Positions 39,301 to 54,300 of a stretch of 64,000 bases of DNA are shown here, piece by piece. A program made the translations under genes and the position numbers. The first letter of the stretch is position 1, and every line of letters begins with the position of its first letter. The notes beneath the pieces were generated by a model. That model was not told the origin of the DNA. It did no database searches and saw nothing but the letters and a program-made list of their open reading frames with translations. Source of the stretch: Laetmonice hystrix (Eukaryota); the NCBI GenBank assembly GCA_965235115.1, contig OZ249436.1, positions 54,128,001-54,192,000 of the forward strand, read 5' to 3'.

Positions 39301-42300
39301 CATCATATCTGTATTAGAAAAGGGAGGGGTTTAACAGGGAGATGAATGCGGAGCTGGCCTAGCCTTGCTGAATGTGGTCCGGGGGGTAACTTTCAGTGTA
39401 CTGGTACAGTTGGCACGGTCGTGTACTGATTCCAAAGGTAAACGTTTTCAATGTGGGGGTGGACAGGTAGACAGATACGGACAGGAAGGACTTAAGGCCA
39501 CAAACGTCAGGCAAAAATACAATTTCCTAGCCAAATTAACCATGCATAATTGATTCATAAATAAGGACATGCCAATCACACATATAAACTGGGGAGTCCA
39601 TGAGGGGTTCGCCGGTTGTCATGAAGGGCCAATTGGGGGGTCAGGCAGGTTGCCAAGGCCAGCAGTAAGAGGGACCCGGACAGGTAGACACGGCAATGAC
39701 AGGAGACATGCTACCACCAGACCTAGCCCAAGGTGATCACTGAAACCTAACGACGTCGTTCTCCAGTGAACCTTACCCTTGAATTGTCCCATACTGGATT
39801 CTAGATCTGATGGACATAACGATTGATCCATGACATGATGTGGCTCACGTCGAAAAATCTAACCATACTTTGTAGAAAAGCCAGTTGGGAGTAAATTGTG
39901 ATATTTTGTACGATCCCCGATGATGCAGACTGTAGTTTGAGGAGTAGCCGATGATAGGTTTGATACGTCAGGTTTGTAGAGGGTGGAGACTGTAGTTTGA
40001 GGTACAGTCGATGATAGGTTTGATACGTCAGGTTTGTAGAGGGTGGAGACTGTAGTTTGAGGTACAGTCGATGATAGGTTTGATACGTCAGGTTTGTAGA
40101 GGGTGGAGACTGTAGTTTGAGGTACAGCCGATGATAGGTTTGATACGTCAGGTTTGTATGAGTGGAGACTGTAGTTTGAGGTACAGCCGATGATAGGTTT
40201 AATACGTCAGGTTTGTAGAGGGTGGAGACTGTAGTTTGAGGTACAGTCGATGATAGGTTGATACGTCAGGTTTGTAGAGGGTGGAGACTGTAGTTTGAGG
40301 TACAGTCGATGATAGGTTTGATACGTCAGGTTTGTATGAGTGGAGACTGTAGTTTGAGGTACAGTCGATGATAGGTTTGATACGTCAGGTTTGTAGAGGA
40401 TGGAGACTGTAGTTTGAGGTACAGTCGATGATAGGTTGATACGTCAGGTTTGTAGAGGGTGGAGACTGTAGTTTGAGGTACAGTCGATGATAGGTTTGAT
40501 ACGTCAGGTTTGTAGAGGGTGGAGACTGTAGTTTGAGGTACAGCCGATGATAGGTTTGATACGTCAGGTTTGTAGAGGGTGGAGACTGTAGTTTGAGGTA
40601 CAGTCGATGATAGGTTTGATACGTCAGGTTTGTAGAGGGTGGAGACTGTAGTTTGAGGTACAGTCGATGATAGGTTTGATACGTCAGGTTTGTAGAGGGT
40701 GGAGACTGTAGTTTGAGGTACAGTCGATGATAGGTTTGATACGTCAGGTTTGTAGAGGGTGGAGACTGTAGTTTGAGGTACAGTCGATGATAGGTTTGAT
40801 ACGTCAGGTTTGTATGAGTGGAGACTGTAGTTTGAGGTACAGTCGATGATAGGTTTGATACGTCAGGTTTGTAGAGGGTGGAGACTGTAGTTTGAGGTAC
40901 AGCCGATGATAGGTTTGATACGTCAGGTTTGTAGAGGTTGGAGACTGTAGTTTGAGGTACAGTCGATGATAGGTTTGATACGTCAGGTTTGTAGATGGTG
41001 GAGTCTGTAGTTTGAGGTACAGTCGATGATAGGTTGATACGTCAGGTTTGTATGAGTGGAGACTGTAGTTTGAGGTACAGTCGATGATAGGTTGATACGT
41101 CAGGTTTGTAGAGGGTGGAGACTGTAGTTTGAGGTACAGTCGATGATAGGTTTGATACGTCAGGTTTGTAGAGGGTGGAGACTGTAGTTTGAGGTACAGT
41201 CGATGATAGGTTTGATACGTCAGGTTTGTAGAGGGTGGAGACTGTAGTTTAAGGTACAGTCGATGATAGGTTTGATACGGCAGGTTTGTATGAGTGGAGA
41301 CTGTAGTTTGAGGTACAGTCGATGATAGGTTTGATACGTCAGGTTTGTAGAGGGTGGAGACTGTAGTTTGAGGTCCATTCGATGATAGGTTTGATACGTC
41401 AGGTTTGTAGAGGGTGGAGACTGTAGTTTGAGGTACAGTCGATGATAGGTTTGATACGTCAGGTTTGTAGAGGGTGGAGACTGTAGTTTGAGGTACAGTC
41501 GATGATGGGTTTGATACGTCAGGTTTGTAGAGGGTGGAGACTGTAGTTTGAGGTACAGTCGATGATAGGTTTGATTCGTCAGGTTTGTAGAAATGCAAGC
41601 GGTAGATGCACAGGCCAGTTGATTTGGTTCTCTTCAATTAAGGGTTTATCCAAACCTATAAATCATTGGGGTTAACAGGAGCGGATGATTGTGTAAGTAG
41701 GCCTATATGTTTGTACGAGAGTCTTTGCTTTGAAAAGCTTCATTTTCAGAATGAAAACGTCAGGCTTTATTGATAGCCATTGGCCAAGCAGCAAGAGTGG
41801 AGTGATTTTATAAATTGTTACTGGTCTGCGGTTTTACCGTACCCTTTAATAGGTTAATTGGTCGTTTCGGAAGAGGGGCAGTCAATGCCTTGGCCGGTGC
41901 ACACCTGTTGTCCAAGCTAATGTTTGGCACAGGTATACCCAACTCGTCAATAATTATTCTCTCCAGAACAACGCTACAAGCAGTAGATCCATTTTATTTA
42001 TCAGTGTATTTTTCGAATTTATTGCTTACTGGAATTAGATGTGTGAAGAATTCAAGGGGCTGTGTGTACCGTTGATTATCATGAAATAGTCGACTAAAAT
42101 TATGACAGGTTGTGTGATCTGTCAAACCACAGTAGTCATCTTTTATTAGCTAATTGAGTGTAGCCCTCATGGACATTAGACGCCACCTGGCACCGTAATT
42201 AGGTCTCATCTTTTTTTGTCTCAGAATTGGGTTGCCTTATGTCCAGGGCCTATAGGAGTGCTCTAAAATGATGAAGCAGACCTTCATTTCAGAACATTAC

Positions 42301-45300
42301 TGGGGCCTATATAGATTTTCCACACTATTTTACTATAGCCAGAACTGAAATGAGCGGAAAGTAGACATAAGGCTGAATTTCCTTGGGAAAGGAGAAGTAA
42401 TAGATTTTGTCGGCAATTTATTTTTTATAATGCCATTATGACATTGTGAAGAGCTCTAGGTTCTACACCAATTCAGTATCCTTGTAAAGTTATTAGGAAC
42501 CGGACAGGGGTTCGTTTGCTAGTCTCTTTACTGTTTCAAAAGTAAATAGTAGGTAGGTGAATTGTTAACAACTGTGATTGGTGCAGTAAAGAAAAGCTTC
42601 TCTAGGCCATACATGGTATAGCACTTTCGTTATTTGTGGTCGAACATTACTAACCGTTTAACGAGAGGGTGGGAGAGAGAAAATGTGACTCGTTTCTTTG
42701 AACTCTCGCCAACATGCCTGACGTCCTCTATAATGGGAGGGTAAATGGTACAATCATTGTGTTTATTCATTCGATTTTCATTGAATCTCATGGAATACCG
42801 CAGCTTTCCTACATCCTTGCTGAATTCTTTCAAAAGAATATTTGGATGGATGTTAATACTAGTAATCGTAACTGTCTGTTCACTTACGGTTTGACGTATC
42901 TGGTGGAATTTCGTTTCTCACCTGAACCATTGTTAGTAGTTACCTGTGTCGAACCACAGGTGGCGCCAGTGGGCTGATTGATGGGGATTGGGTGTTCTGA
43001 TGATGAGTGATGGGATGATTAAGGGATCGGGCCAAGTCCGATCATACTGAGTCATCAAGCTCCAACTCAGTGGGCACTGGTCGGTAGTGTTGGACGTACA
43101 ACTAATATTGTAAACCTAGATTTACACTAAAGTTCAAGAAGAAGTCATGTGCGTTTTCTGATGTTCGGATAGCGACAAAAAAAGTTATGAAAGTGAAAAG
43201 TTATGAAGACATGGCATGTCATTATACAATGATGTATGTGCTGTAAGTGAATAGGATTTCATCAGGTGAGAAGCAGTTGCTTTATTGCCATTTTCACGGC
43301 ATAAAAATAAAATAGCTTTAGGCTTACATGCTGTACGCCTCTTAGACTGTGTTGTAAGAAGAAGAAAGGACAAAAAATATAAACTTCGATTTCTAATGGC
43401 GATAAGTTTTAACTTGTAATTAAGACTCGCTTTAAGTGATTTGAATAGAACGTCTTCAGCATCCCACTCAACATGGTGTCCCGGTAAGAATTAGGCATAG
43501 GAACGATAAGGACACCTCCCCTCGTAATCATCCACATATAATTAATCACAGGTTCGGTTGTCAACAGCGGAGATGTTTTTGTGTCCCTTACTTTCACTGA
43601 ACTCTCTATGTGAGTTTTCTCTAGTATCTTAAACATTGTTTGTGTAAAAGGACCGGGCCGACGAGTGACCCCGGCGAACGGCGGTGTTGTCCAAAACGAC
43701 CCCCAGGGGGAAACACTGTCGTTAGTGTCGAGGCGGAGTCGGTGTCGCTCGGCGGGCTGTTCTCGGTACACAGGAACAAAAGGCGACCGCGGCTCCAGGG
43801 AAAGGGGCTGATTTCAAAGTCAAGAGCTTCAGTGGAGCTCAAAATGGAAAGGCAGTTGAAAAGGCACTGGCTCCTTAAGAGGAAAAGTCAACCTTGTCCA
43901 ATTTTGAGATCCACAGAATTAATGTGATAACACCCGCAACTATTTCACCTGTTTTGCCGTGCAACGAAAATGAAACTGATATGCTGTATAACTTGAAGGG
44001 GGGTTGAAATGACCGACATGATGGCAATTGTTTCTAAGAAATGACATGACTCGATCCCCTCGTCCTATATGATATGGATGATTTTATTTTGGCAATCACT
44101 CGACCTAGACTCAACTCAACTGTCTGTGTCTGGTGCGCACTCCCCCCCTCATTTAGACCGCTAACTCCCGGAGTCACTCAAGCATACATACAGGTAGAGC
44201 ATGAATCGAGTGAACAATGTTTCCAGTCTCCACCTCGGTTAAATTAGCTTTATTGGTTCTGTATTTTTATGAGTATATCGTCAGAAAAACAGTTGCTGCT
44301 ACGATGTGATTCATATCTCTAGTTGTAGCCTTGAGTAGGTCTAAGTGTCTCCATTCTCAAGGTGTGATGGATCATATTACATTATCTTCTCTCTCTGACA
44401 TGTTCTGGTAAGTGCTCCGGGTAAACCGTTAATTTAATCTGCCTCTCCCTGTAATTTATAGTGAATCCATCAATGTTGTATGACATTCTGAATCAGTATA
44501 CGCTTTGTAAACTGACAGCGTTGAGGCTCGAGTCCTCTCGTTTCAATACCTTATTGTTGCCCGCTATTTGGATGTCCAACCCTTTCAGCTCATGACATAC
44601 TGATTAGTGAATAATTTAAGGGGACATTTGGAGCTTGACGTCTTTACCAAATGGTCATTGCATGGCCCCTCTATCCTTGATTGTCTGGAGAGTCGTCAGT
44701 GGTCAGCTCCAGACTTCATGCATGTGACCACGACAAAGGCCGGTAACTCGATAACCGAGATATAGATAGTGTCAACAGGCGTCAGCCGCCTGCAACAAGA
44801 CTGCTGAGATAGAGTGTCAACAGGCGCCAGCTGCCTGCACAAGACTGCTGAGATACAGATAGAGTGTCAACAGGCGTCAGCTGCCTGCACAAGACTGCTG
44901 AGATACAGATAGAGTGTCAACAGGCGTCAGCTGCCTGCACAAGACTGCTGAGATACAGATAGAGTGTCAACAGGCGTCAGCTGCCTGCACAAGACTGCTG
45001 AGATACAGATAGAGTGTCAACAGGCGTCAGCTGCCTGCACAAGACTGCTGAGATACAGATAGAGTGTCAAAAGGCGTCAGCTGCCTGCAACAAGACTGCT
45101 GAGATAGAGTGTCAGCAGGCGTCAGCTGCCTGCACAAGACTACTGAGATACAGATAGAGTGTCAACAGGCGTCAGCTGCCTGCACAAGACTGCTGAGATA
45201 CAGATAGTGTCAACAGGCGTCAGCTACCTGCACAAGACTGCTGAGATACAGATAGTGTCAACAGGCGTCAGCTGCCTGCAACAAGACTGCTGAGATAGAG

Positions 45301-48300
45301 TGTCAACAGGCGTCAGCTGCCTGCACAAGACTGCTGAGATACAGATAGTGTCAACAGGCGTCAGCTGCCTGCAACAAGACTGCTGAGATAGAGTGTCAAC
45401 AGGCGTCAGCTGCCTGCACAAGACTGCTGAGATACAGATAGAGTGTCAACAGGCGTCAGCTGCCTGCAACAAGACTGCTGAGATAGAGTGTCAACTGGCG
45501 CCAGCTGCCTGCACAAGACTGCTGAGAAACAGATAGAGTGTCAGCAGGCGTCAGTTGCCTGCACAAGACTGCTGAGATACAGATATAGTGTCAGCAGGCG
45601 TCAGTTGCCTGCACAAGACTGCTGAGATACAGATAGAGTGTCAACAGGCGTCAGCTGCCTGCACACGACTGCTGAGATACAGATAGAGTGTCAACAGGCG
45701 TCAGCTGCCTGCACAAGACTGCTGAGATACAGATAGAGTGTCAACAGTCGTCAGCTGCCTGCACACGACTGCTGAGATACAGATAGAGTGTCAACAGGCG
45801 TCAGTTGCCTGCACAAGACTGCTGAGATACAGATATAGTGTCAGCAGGCGTCAGTTGCCTGCACAAGACTTGTCTTACTCCTCCATAAAAAACCCTTTAA
45901 GCGCACCGTCGTGATTCATATGTCAATAAACATCACATTGCCTCCATTCTTGGACGAGGTTGGCCGCTGTAGGCTTAGATATTGAATGATCTATGTACTA
46001 GGAACCTGGAATGTAAACCCCAGGGGTTGGATCCCGGATCCTAGACCACACACAAGTAATATATGGAGGGTCGACGTATCTGATCACTATACCCTTCAAT
46101 TATACACACCAGCTGAACATACCTAAAAGATGACCTGGCAAACACCATTAACCACTGGCAAACTGCTGGACCTGAAAAGGTGCAAGCTGCATGGACTGAC
46201 CTAAATGGTTAGGGTGAGAAAATGCTCTCTTTATTCGGACCCCTGGCGGCCAGAGTGTAATCAGTAACGATCAGGTATAGACGTTTATCTTACGGTCGGA
46301 CTAGAAGCATGGGAAGAGTTATATTTATTGAACACGTACGGAAAATCCTCGAAAGTTTTTGAACGAAACATCTTCAGCTATTCCCATACTCGTAATTTTC
46401 GTACATATTCTAAGTGAAATCAGTTTTTGTTATTTTTTGGGTTCTGCTGCCAAAACACCTTCAGAGTTTAATCAGCGGATTCAGAACACATCCCTAAGTC
46501 TCAGTCATAATATTTACTCACCGCTGAAAACTTTGTTGAAAGTGGCCATGAGATTCTGGGGTTAATTGGCGTTTTGTCCAAGGATATTTCAAGTCTAGTG
46601 CTATGTATAGATGCCAACCGAGAAAGACAGGCTACATGCATGTTGTACTCTGGATATTCCTGGAATCTGTACGTTCTTTACAAACAACGTAAGAGTCATT
46701 GTGGCGGCACTTCTACCCCCCCCCCCCAATATTTTTTTCCTTCCTACACTACTGAAGAGTAAGGTCATGTGGGAGCGGCACCTTCTGTTTATGGGGAAGA
46801 TTTCACAGTAGGAATTTCATGGCTAGTTGATTCCATCAATACCTACCTTTTATGTAATTAATCAGTGCTTGGTATAGATGTCAAAAGGTCAGTGAAGGAC
46901 TCCAGGCTTACATTACCGTTCACTGGAGCAGTGGTTGTCAGTCAACATGCTGGGGGTGTTATCTGTTCCAGTAGGTTAATCCCATGACATAGGTGGCCCT
47001 ACGGGTCGTCATCATGATGTCAAGGGTGGGTAACTTTAGCCGTGACATTATGTGCCACAGGTTGAGTCTATACACAATAGCTAACTCTGATTTATATGGT
47101 CGTCGTCTCGTAGGATAATAGCAGTTAATCCCTTTTGGAAATCCAAATACGTACCTGTTCTAGGTCTGGAGTGGAAAAGAAGTATCACATATAGATTTTT
47201 TGGAAGTGGATGAAATTCTTTGTTGCGTTTGTTCTTACTTTGTTTCCAGATCTATTAATTGTTGTCACTGGATTGTTGATATTAAAATAATACTTTTTTT
47301 TCAGACCCGAATCGGCCCCATCTTGGTGCTGGTTAACCCTTTGACAGCAGTCCCTGAGCCGAGCCCACTAGGAATGAAGGTGGCGCCACCTCGTGGTCAC
47401 TTACAGCAGGCGGTCGAGGAGGCCTCGCGACAACAACTGGAAACCGGACATTCACAGACCCTCATTCTCAAGTAGGTTTTCATCGCCTTACAACATTTTC
47501 ATTGGTATAAAAATATTGTAGTTTGGTTTAATTTTGATGTGAAAGCTTGTCCCACCTGTTACCTGTTTGGAAGAGATTTCAGATGCAACCAATCTGGTGC
47601 CTCCTGGCAGAAATAGTTTATACACGTCTACTGTTGTCCTTCAAACAGGTTGAGTTTATAATAGCAGGTTTTAATTGTGTGTAAATAAACTTTTCAGTGG
47701 GGTGAGTGGAAGCGGGAAAAGCCGGACGTCAATGTTGTTACTTCGCCAGCTGTTTGACGTGGCAGGAGGAGGGCCAGAAACAGATGCTTTCAAACATCTG
47801 CAGGCAGCGTTCACTGTACTTCGATCTCTGGGCAGCGCGGCCACCAGTGAAAACAGCCACTCATCCAGAATGGTACACCTCCTCCCATTCTATCCGAGTT
47901 CATCTTCTTCGTTTTGAACAGAACTCAGCTTTAAGTCTCTTGACTAACAAAACGTTTCTCCTTCCATGACAAGAGTATAGTTGTTCTGATCAACCTTGCT
48001 AATGGAGGCAAGAACACAGATTGAAGTAGGCCTACCTATAACCGCTTACAAATAGAAGACAGTAGCGAGATGTATAGCTTACGTCCACCTGACATAAAGA
48101 GAAGATTGTGTAATTCTATAGGCTGGTGATCATGCCTCGGTTTAGAGGTAGGCTAGTATATTGCGTGTCTCACAACAATGAACTTCTAGAGGTCGCTATC
48201 TTATTGTGACGTTGGTTGGGGGCACCCCTTGAAATACGCCGACAATGGCTAGCGATGATTGATGTCACAGCAGGTGGTCATCCTCTGTCTATGGGTTACG

Positions 48301-51300
48301 TAATCCTGTCTCCATAACTAGGACATCCAAGATTTAACGAGAAACATGAATAGAAAATGGAAGTGATCAGGATAGGTTCAAAGGGTTCAGATACGAAATG
48401 CTGAGTATTTTTGGGCCCATAATTAGGAAGCGCTTTATCTTCGGTCCGAGCAGCTGGGCTCATTTTGATCTTTATCTTTTCCAGGGTTATTTAATTGAGA
48501 ACAATCTATCTGATGGTGCTATATATAGAACAAGGATCCACTGTTACTTCATTGATCAGGTGAGTTGACGGCCTGGGGAGCTGTAGAAAGTTTACGATAC
48601 TTTAATTACTCTCTACAACACAAATATTTAAACACATCTCAAGTACAGATCAAATATACCGTTCTTACCTTTACTCAAACCCTTTGTGATTTTTGTCATC
48701 ACTTGTTATGATGTGTACCGGTATTTATTGTCTGTCTCAGTCTCGTGTGGTGAAACCTCAACCTACAGAGAAAAACTTCCACGTTTTCTACCAGATGTTG
48801 GCGGGTCTTACGTCTGAAGAGAGGGGTACGGAGATTTAACTGAAACATGTTTTATCAATTTTATTTTATAAATGGCACATATAATAATGAAGGCTGATCT
48901 TCCGAATGGCACCCAGTCCTATCATAAAAACTTAAGACTTAAGCATTGTCTGATTGCTGAGTTCTCCCTCAGGATGTTTGTCGGGTTTGTGACTTGCAGG
49001 TCGCTATCACCTGGCAGGATCTAACACTCACACATTAACCTACCTCTCGGCCGGTGACGTCACACAGGACGCCCTTCAGGACCGCCAACATTTTCTCACC
49101 TGGAAGGTCAGTTGGAATCCTGGATCAAGGGCAGGGCCCGGTTTTCAAAACTTAAGTAATTACGTAGGCTTAAACTTAAGCTTAACTTTAAGATTGCCTG
49201 TTCTGCTGAGACCAGCGGCAGGCTTTTTCTTAAATCCTTAAAACAGTACCGGGGTAAGTATTCAGCTTGACATATTGACATCACCTCTATACTAGTAAAC
49301 AGTTACCTTTTCTTCATTCCAAGGAATCCGAAGAATGTAATATGTGTTTACTGCAACTGCTCGTCCATATACATTACAAATAAGACAAACGAGCTCTGTC
49401 CACATGAAACGAGAGCAGAAAATTGTCTCATGCAGAGCTTGTTAAAATGTTTAATGTGTTATATATATGGTTGCATGTGCAGCATGTTAAAGTCACAAAG
49501 CGGCATGAAACTGTGTATATTATCCATGAATGGAATGAAGTAACCAGTATAGTTTCTATGGTAATCTTTATGGCTATATTTTTGTTATGTTTCAGTCGGC
49601 CTTGGCTGTGCTTGGAATACCATTTGCCGATATAATGCGTGTTCTGTCAGCCATATTGTTACTAGGAAACGTTGAATTTGTTGAAGGAGCTGGGTTAGAG
49701 CTGGATGTATGTGGTAATGGAGGTGAGTTTATCAAAGTTTCAACTCTCCTCCCCTACCCACCCATCTTTGTCGATCTGGAACGGCTTGGAAGCGGCATGT
49801 GGGCGTGAAGTAAAATCAACTATTTAACTTTTGCCCACCGCAAACAAAATGAAATTGAACTCGCTATAAAACAATAAAAGTATTGTACAAAGACGCTGAC
49901 TATCTCTCCCTGTGAGTGCTGCCTTGTATGATCTGATAATAGCGTACCGTTATTGTCTGACAGAACTGAAGTCAGTGGCAGCCTTGTTGGGAGTATCTGC
50001 CGTGTGTCTGTACCGAGGACTCAGTACCCGTACCCGGAGAGCTAGGGGACAGATCTTCAAGGCCTTGGCGGACCCAGCCTCGGTAAGTACCCGATCCCGG
50101 GAGATCAGGCTCACTAATAGTTGACGGGCAAGCCCAGCTTGTAACTGTCCCATTGTAGTACTGAAACTTTTTCTTAGACAATTTCTATTATTGATTGATT
50201 TATTTATTTTGTTTGTTTGATAAAGATTGGATTTTATTACTGAAGTCTATGTTTTATACGGAATTTCTACGAGACTACATTCCAGCCAGTTTTCTCATTT
50301 TCTAATTCTGGTGTGTTGCCAGGCAAACACTGTGAGGGATGGCTTGGCCAAAGCGTTGTACAGTCGAACAGTAGCTGCCATTATCAAGCGGGCCAATAAC
50401 ACCAAACGATTGATAATGACGTCAGCTAACAGCAGTGACAGCAACGACTCCGGCCATCACGGTATGAAACATTATTTCAACAGGCAAAGAATGGCTTTAA
50501 TAATATGACAAAACGTTACATTTACTTCCTATTTTTGCAATATATCGTTATGATAAATGTGTTTAGTAAGTCAGGTGTTGATGTTATGGTAGTTATGGAT
50601 GAAGTGTTTTACCATTATTTTTGTCCTCGTGATCCACCAGAGGCTGCGCCAGAAACTCCACCTTCTCCAGGGCGGCCAGGAGGGCCCCATACCTCAGCGT
50701 TCTCTCTCCAGGCGTCGCACACTGATAGTTTTATCGGAATACTCGACATGTTTGGCTTTGAGGAGCTCAGGGTAAGGAAGAACAATGTCCACGTTGTTTT
50801 CACTAGGAATTCTAAAACATGGCTATGAATTCTAGGCTAACATTTTATAATGAATGATGAATGGAGTTAATTATTTACAGGTATGCTCATTGCTAGGATC
50901 TCAGCCTTTTTGAGTTGGAGGGGGGCAGTCAGATTTCACGGTATAGCTGTCCAATGTGGAGGCACAGTGATTGGCGGGAAAAGCCTCTGGGGCCAACTTT
51001 TTTCATTTTTTTTATTGGAGGGGACCACGCTGTGTCCCGGGGCTCCGAGCCCGTCGTGAGCCAATCTAACCTCCAGCTCCAGGCCAATGGCCGGGATTCT
51101 ACAGACGTTCGGTATTTTTTATACTGGCTAATAATATTTTCTTATGACTGATGTGAATTTCCCCCAATCTTTATGAAACAGGAGAACCGTTTCGAGCAGC
51201 TATGTGTGAACCTATGCGCGGAGACACTCCAGCATTTCTACAACACACACATGTTCCGAGCGGCCGAGGAGGCGTCCGCTGAGGAGGCCATCTCTGCCGA

Positions 51301-54300
51301 CATCGACGTTACGTATACAGACAACGCTCCGACCATCGAACTACTGTCCTCACCACGAGTCGGCCTGCTCAGTCTACTGGACGCCGAGTGTGGGCTCCAG
51401 CGGGGAACGCCAGACACGTTCCTACAGAAAGTACACATCCAACACTCACGTAACAGACTGTAAGTCATACATTGAGTACCTACAAGTACCTTACCTTGAG
51501 TACCTTTAGTACCTCACATCCCGGCTCCAATAAAAACGTCTATGAAATGTTTTACGGTTCAATTGTAAGTTTCCTGAAACGTTTATTAAACGTTATTGGC
51601 TGGCTAGGACCATGTACCCTTGTCGGCCTTGCATGTATAGGTGTCATCAGTTTTCATCAGAGTCGTACTTTTCAGGAACTTTCTATTTGGCAGGGACCTC
51701 AAATATAATAATGAACTACACGTATTAACATGGATGTGTAATTAAAAATAGGGAAACAACTTGGGAAATGGAGTAGACCAGTCCCGTGTCAAGTGTAATA
51801 TTGCCATTACCCTTGTAATAATGGCAATATTACCTCAACATTAAATCACATACATGAGTAGCAACGGGATATATCATTTTTTTAAATGCTTGAATGACAT
51901 AATCATACAAATAGGTGTTAATAGAAGTAAATGAATGATGAGTTGCCCTATTTTCCAGGTTCTATGAGCCTATGTCCCACAAGAAGCACACGTTTGCCAT
52001 CAAACATTACTGCGGGCCAGTAATGTACGAAGCTAGCGATCTACTCAATGCCAACAAGAACCAACTGACAGATGATGTCATCTCCGTCTTTACCAAACAA
52101 AATTGTAACTTTGGCTTTGCAAGCCACCTCTTCTCGCCCGAAATCAGAGCAATACAAGGTGAGCAGTGAATTTCTCATGCTTTGAATATTCTCTATTGCT
52201 GGTTACAAGTTTGATTCTGTTCAACTAATAACTAATACTTCAGTCACGTTTTCTACCATGGGCGGAGTTTTTGTGTTTACTTTAGGAGCACGTTTTGATT
52301 GCTGTGATGTTTGTTTCAGAGGATGGCGGGGGACCGAAGGGGACAATGTTTAGGATTTCACCGAGTCCTATGTCTGAGAGACAAAGGTAGAGATGTTGCA
52401 CATGGCCGTTTGTTATACATTTATTTTCTTGTGTGACGAGAGCTAATTACGCACTCCATATTAAATGGTATACTGTAGTGACTGAGAAGGAGAAATTGTA
52501 AATACTTATTGCGCCTGATGAAGTCGAGTCGATCATGTTTTCTGGATATCCTGCAGTGACCTCAAGGGGACGTTGTCATCCGATTTCCACGCTAAACTGG
52601 ACAGTGTCCTTCAGTTACTTGTCATGTCAAAGCCTCATTTTATCAGATGCATTAAGGTGAGCACTAAGGATATTGTACAAATCAGTGTTACAATGTTAGT
52701 ATTTTGATATTACGTTTACGTTATTTACGTTTATAGAAACATTCTTTGCTAGGTGGGGCAATATTTGATACAATAGTTGAAATGCTGATACAATAGCCGA
52801 CATTGTTTTTTACCGTGTGTCTGTATTGGGATGTTCAGTCCAATGACAGCCACCAGAGGGAGTTGTTTGAGCGGGACTGTGTGAAGAAACAAGTACGCTC
52901 CCTTCAGCTCCTCGAGACGCTCCATCTGATGGCTGCAGGTATGACCACTCACGCTGCAGGGGGTCACTCCCACGCTTTACTTTTCTGATGGGATCATTGT
53001 ACATACCTGTACGGGATTAAAGTATTTAATGGGAAAATTCACCTTTTCTATAAAAAAAAACCCAATAGCGATAGGGACAGAATAGCATATGCTTTAATGG
53101 AAAATTGTATTAACTGTACGGTTTTATTTAAGAAAGGGAAATCGCCTACATCCATTTTCCTTTGAATTGTTAGGATTTCCACATCGTCTACGTTACCGTG
53201 TGTTCAACAGTTATTACAAGGTGCTCGTACCACAAAATACTGCCAAAGTCGAGAAACCGTATGAGCAATCTAAGGTGAGCTTTTTCACTTGATTTTGTCA
53301 CAGTGACCTGTAATTAGTGGGTCAAAGTCCAACCAGTGCATTGCTTCTTGTTCACTTAACCCCTTAGGATATATGAGTACAGGCAGTATTGTAGACAGAA
53401 TGCCCGGTTTTTTTTTGTAGTCTAAAAAATATTAGTTAGATTAGTGGGGTATTCATAGGACATGAGCCACATTGCCGTTGGCAGGCAGTGTGTTCTAACT
53501 GGGACAAATAATGTCCCACTCCTTTGCCGATAGCACCCGCATGCACATCACCTCACAAACAAGTGTTTAATACGTCGTTTCAGTTGATCCTAGACGAGTT
53601 ACTACACCGACTCGACGAGTCAAAGGTTCCGGCAGCTAATGCCCAGTGGGCCCTAGGAAAAAAACATATCTTCCTCAGGTAAGACAATTATTGTAGAGAT
53701 CATCGTGGAAGAAGAATCCAACTACAGGAGAACGAGAGAGAACAAAATGGAAAGAAAAGGAAAAGACTGAAGGAGGAAAATTATCAACTTATTAATTGTG
53801 TATGTTATATACAGTAGGATGGTGTCAGTTTGCGTTATTCTGTAGATCTAGAGTACATTTTATAATGACTAATAGCTTCTATTAGATGTGAATTCAAAAG
53901 TGAAAAAGTGGAGCTACAACTTTAGGAACAGGATATAAGCACCAAAATATTTATTTTCTCTCGATGAATGAACAGCGAGGGTTGTCGCCAGTTGTTGGAA
54001 GAGCTACGAGACAGAAAGCGCCACCTGTCGGCCACTATCATCCAGTCCCGCTGGCGGGGCAGACAGTGTCTGAAAAAATGGTCGACACTCAAACGTCAAC
54101 TGATGCTTCGAAACCGCGAGCGCCAACCCATCCGACGGCACATTAGGTATGTCGAGATGTCGCAAATATTGTTTGAACCTGTTGAACAAATTAACGGGTG
54201 TACATGTACAATCAATGCATACTGATCATAGTCGACGTTCATTCTGAAATTTGTTCTTTCAGTATTTAATGTTTCATTTTCCCGCTACATGTACTGGAAT

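Noticed and set aside
39927..41590. CRISPR-like regular array (also 44757-45870)
   Set aside because: There are no unique spacers and no cas genes, and the context is a eukaryotic intron.
40804..41637. 277-aa minus-strand ORF with mucin-like repeats
   Set aside because: It is the translation of the 60-bp minisatellite. It switches frame at 59-bp variants and has no splice or start context.
51795..51833. 15-bp arm hairpin in an intron
   Set aside because: Short and AT-rich; not enough to call an RNA or an element.
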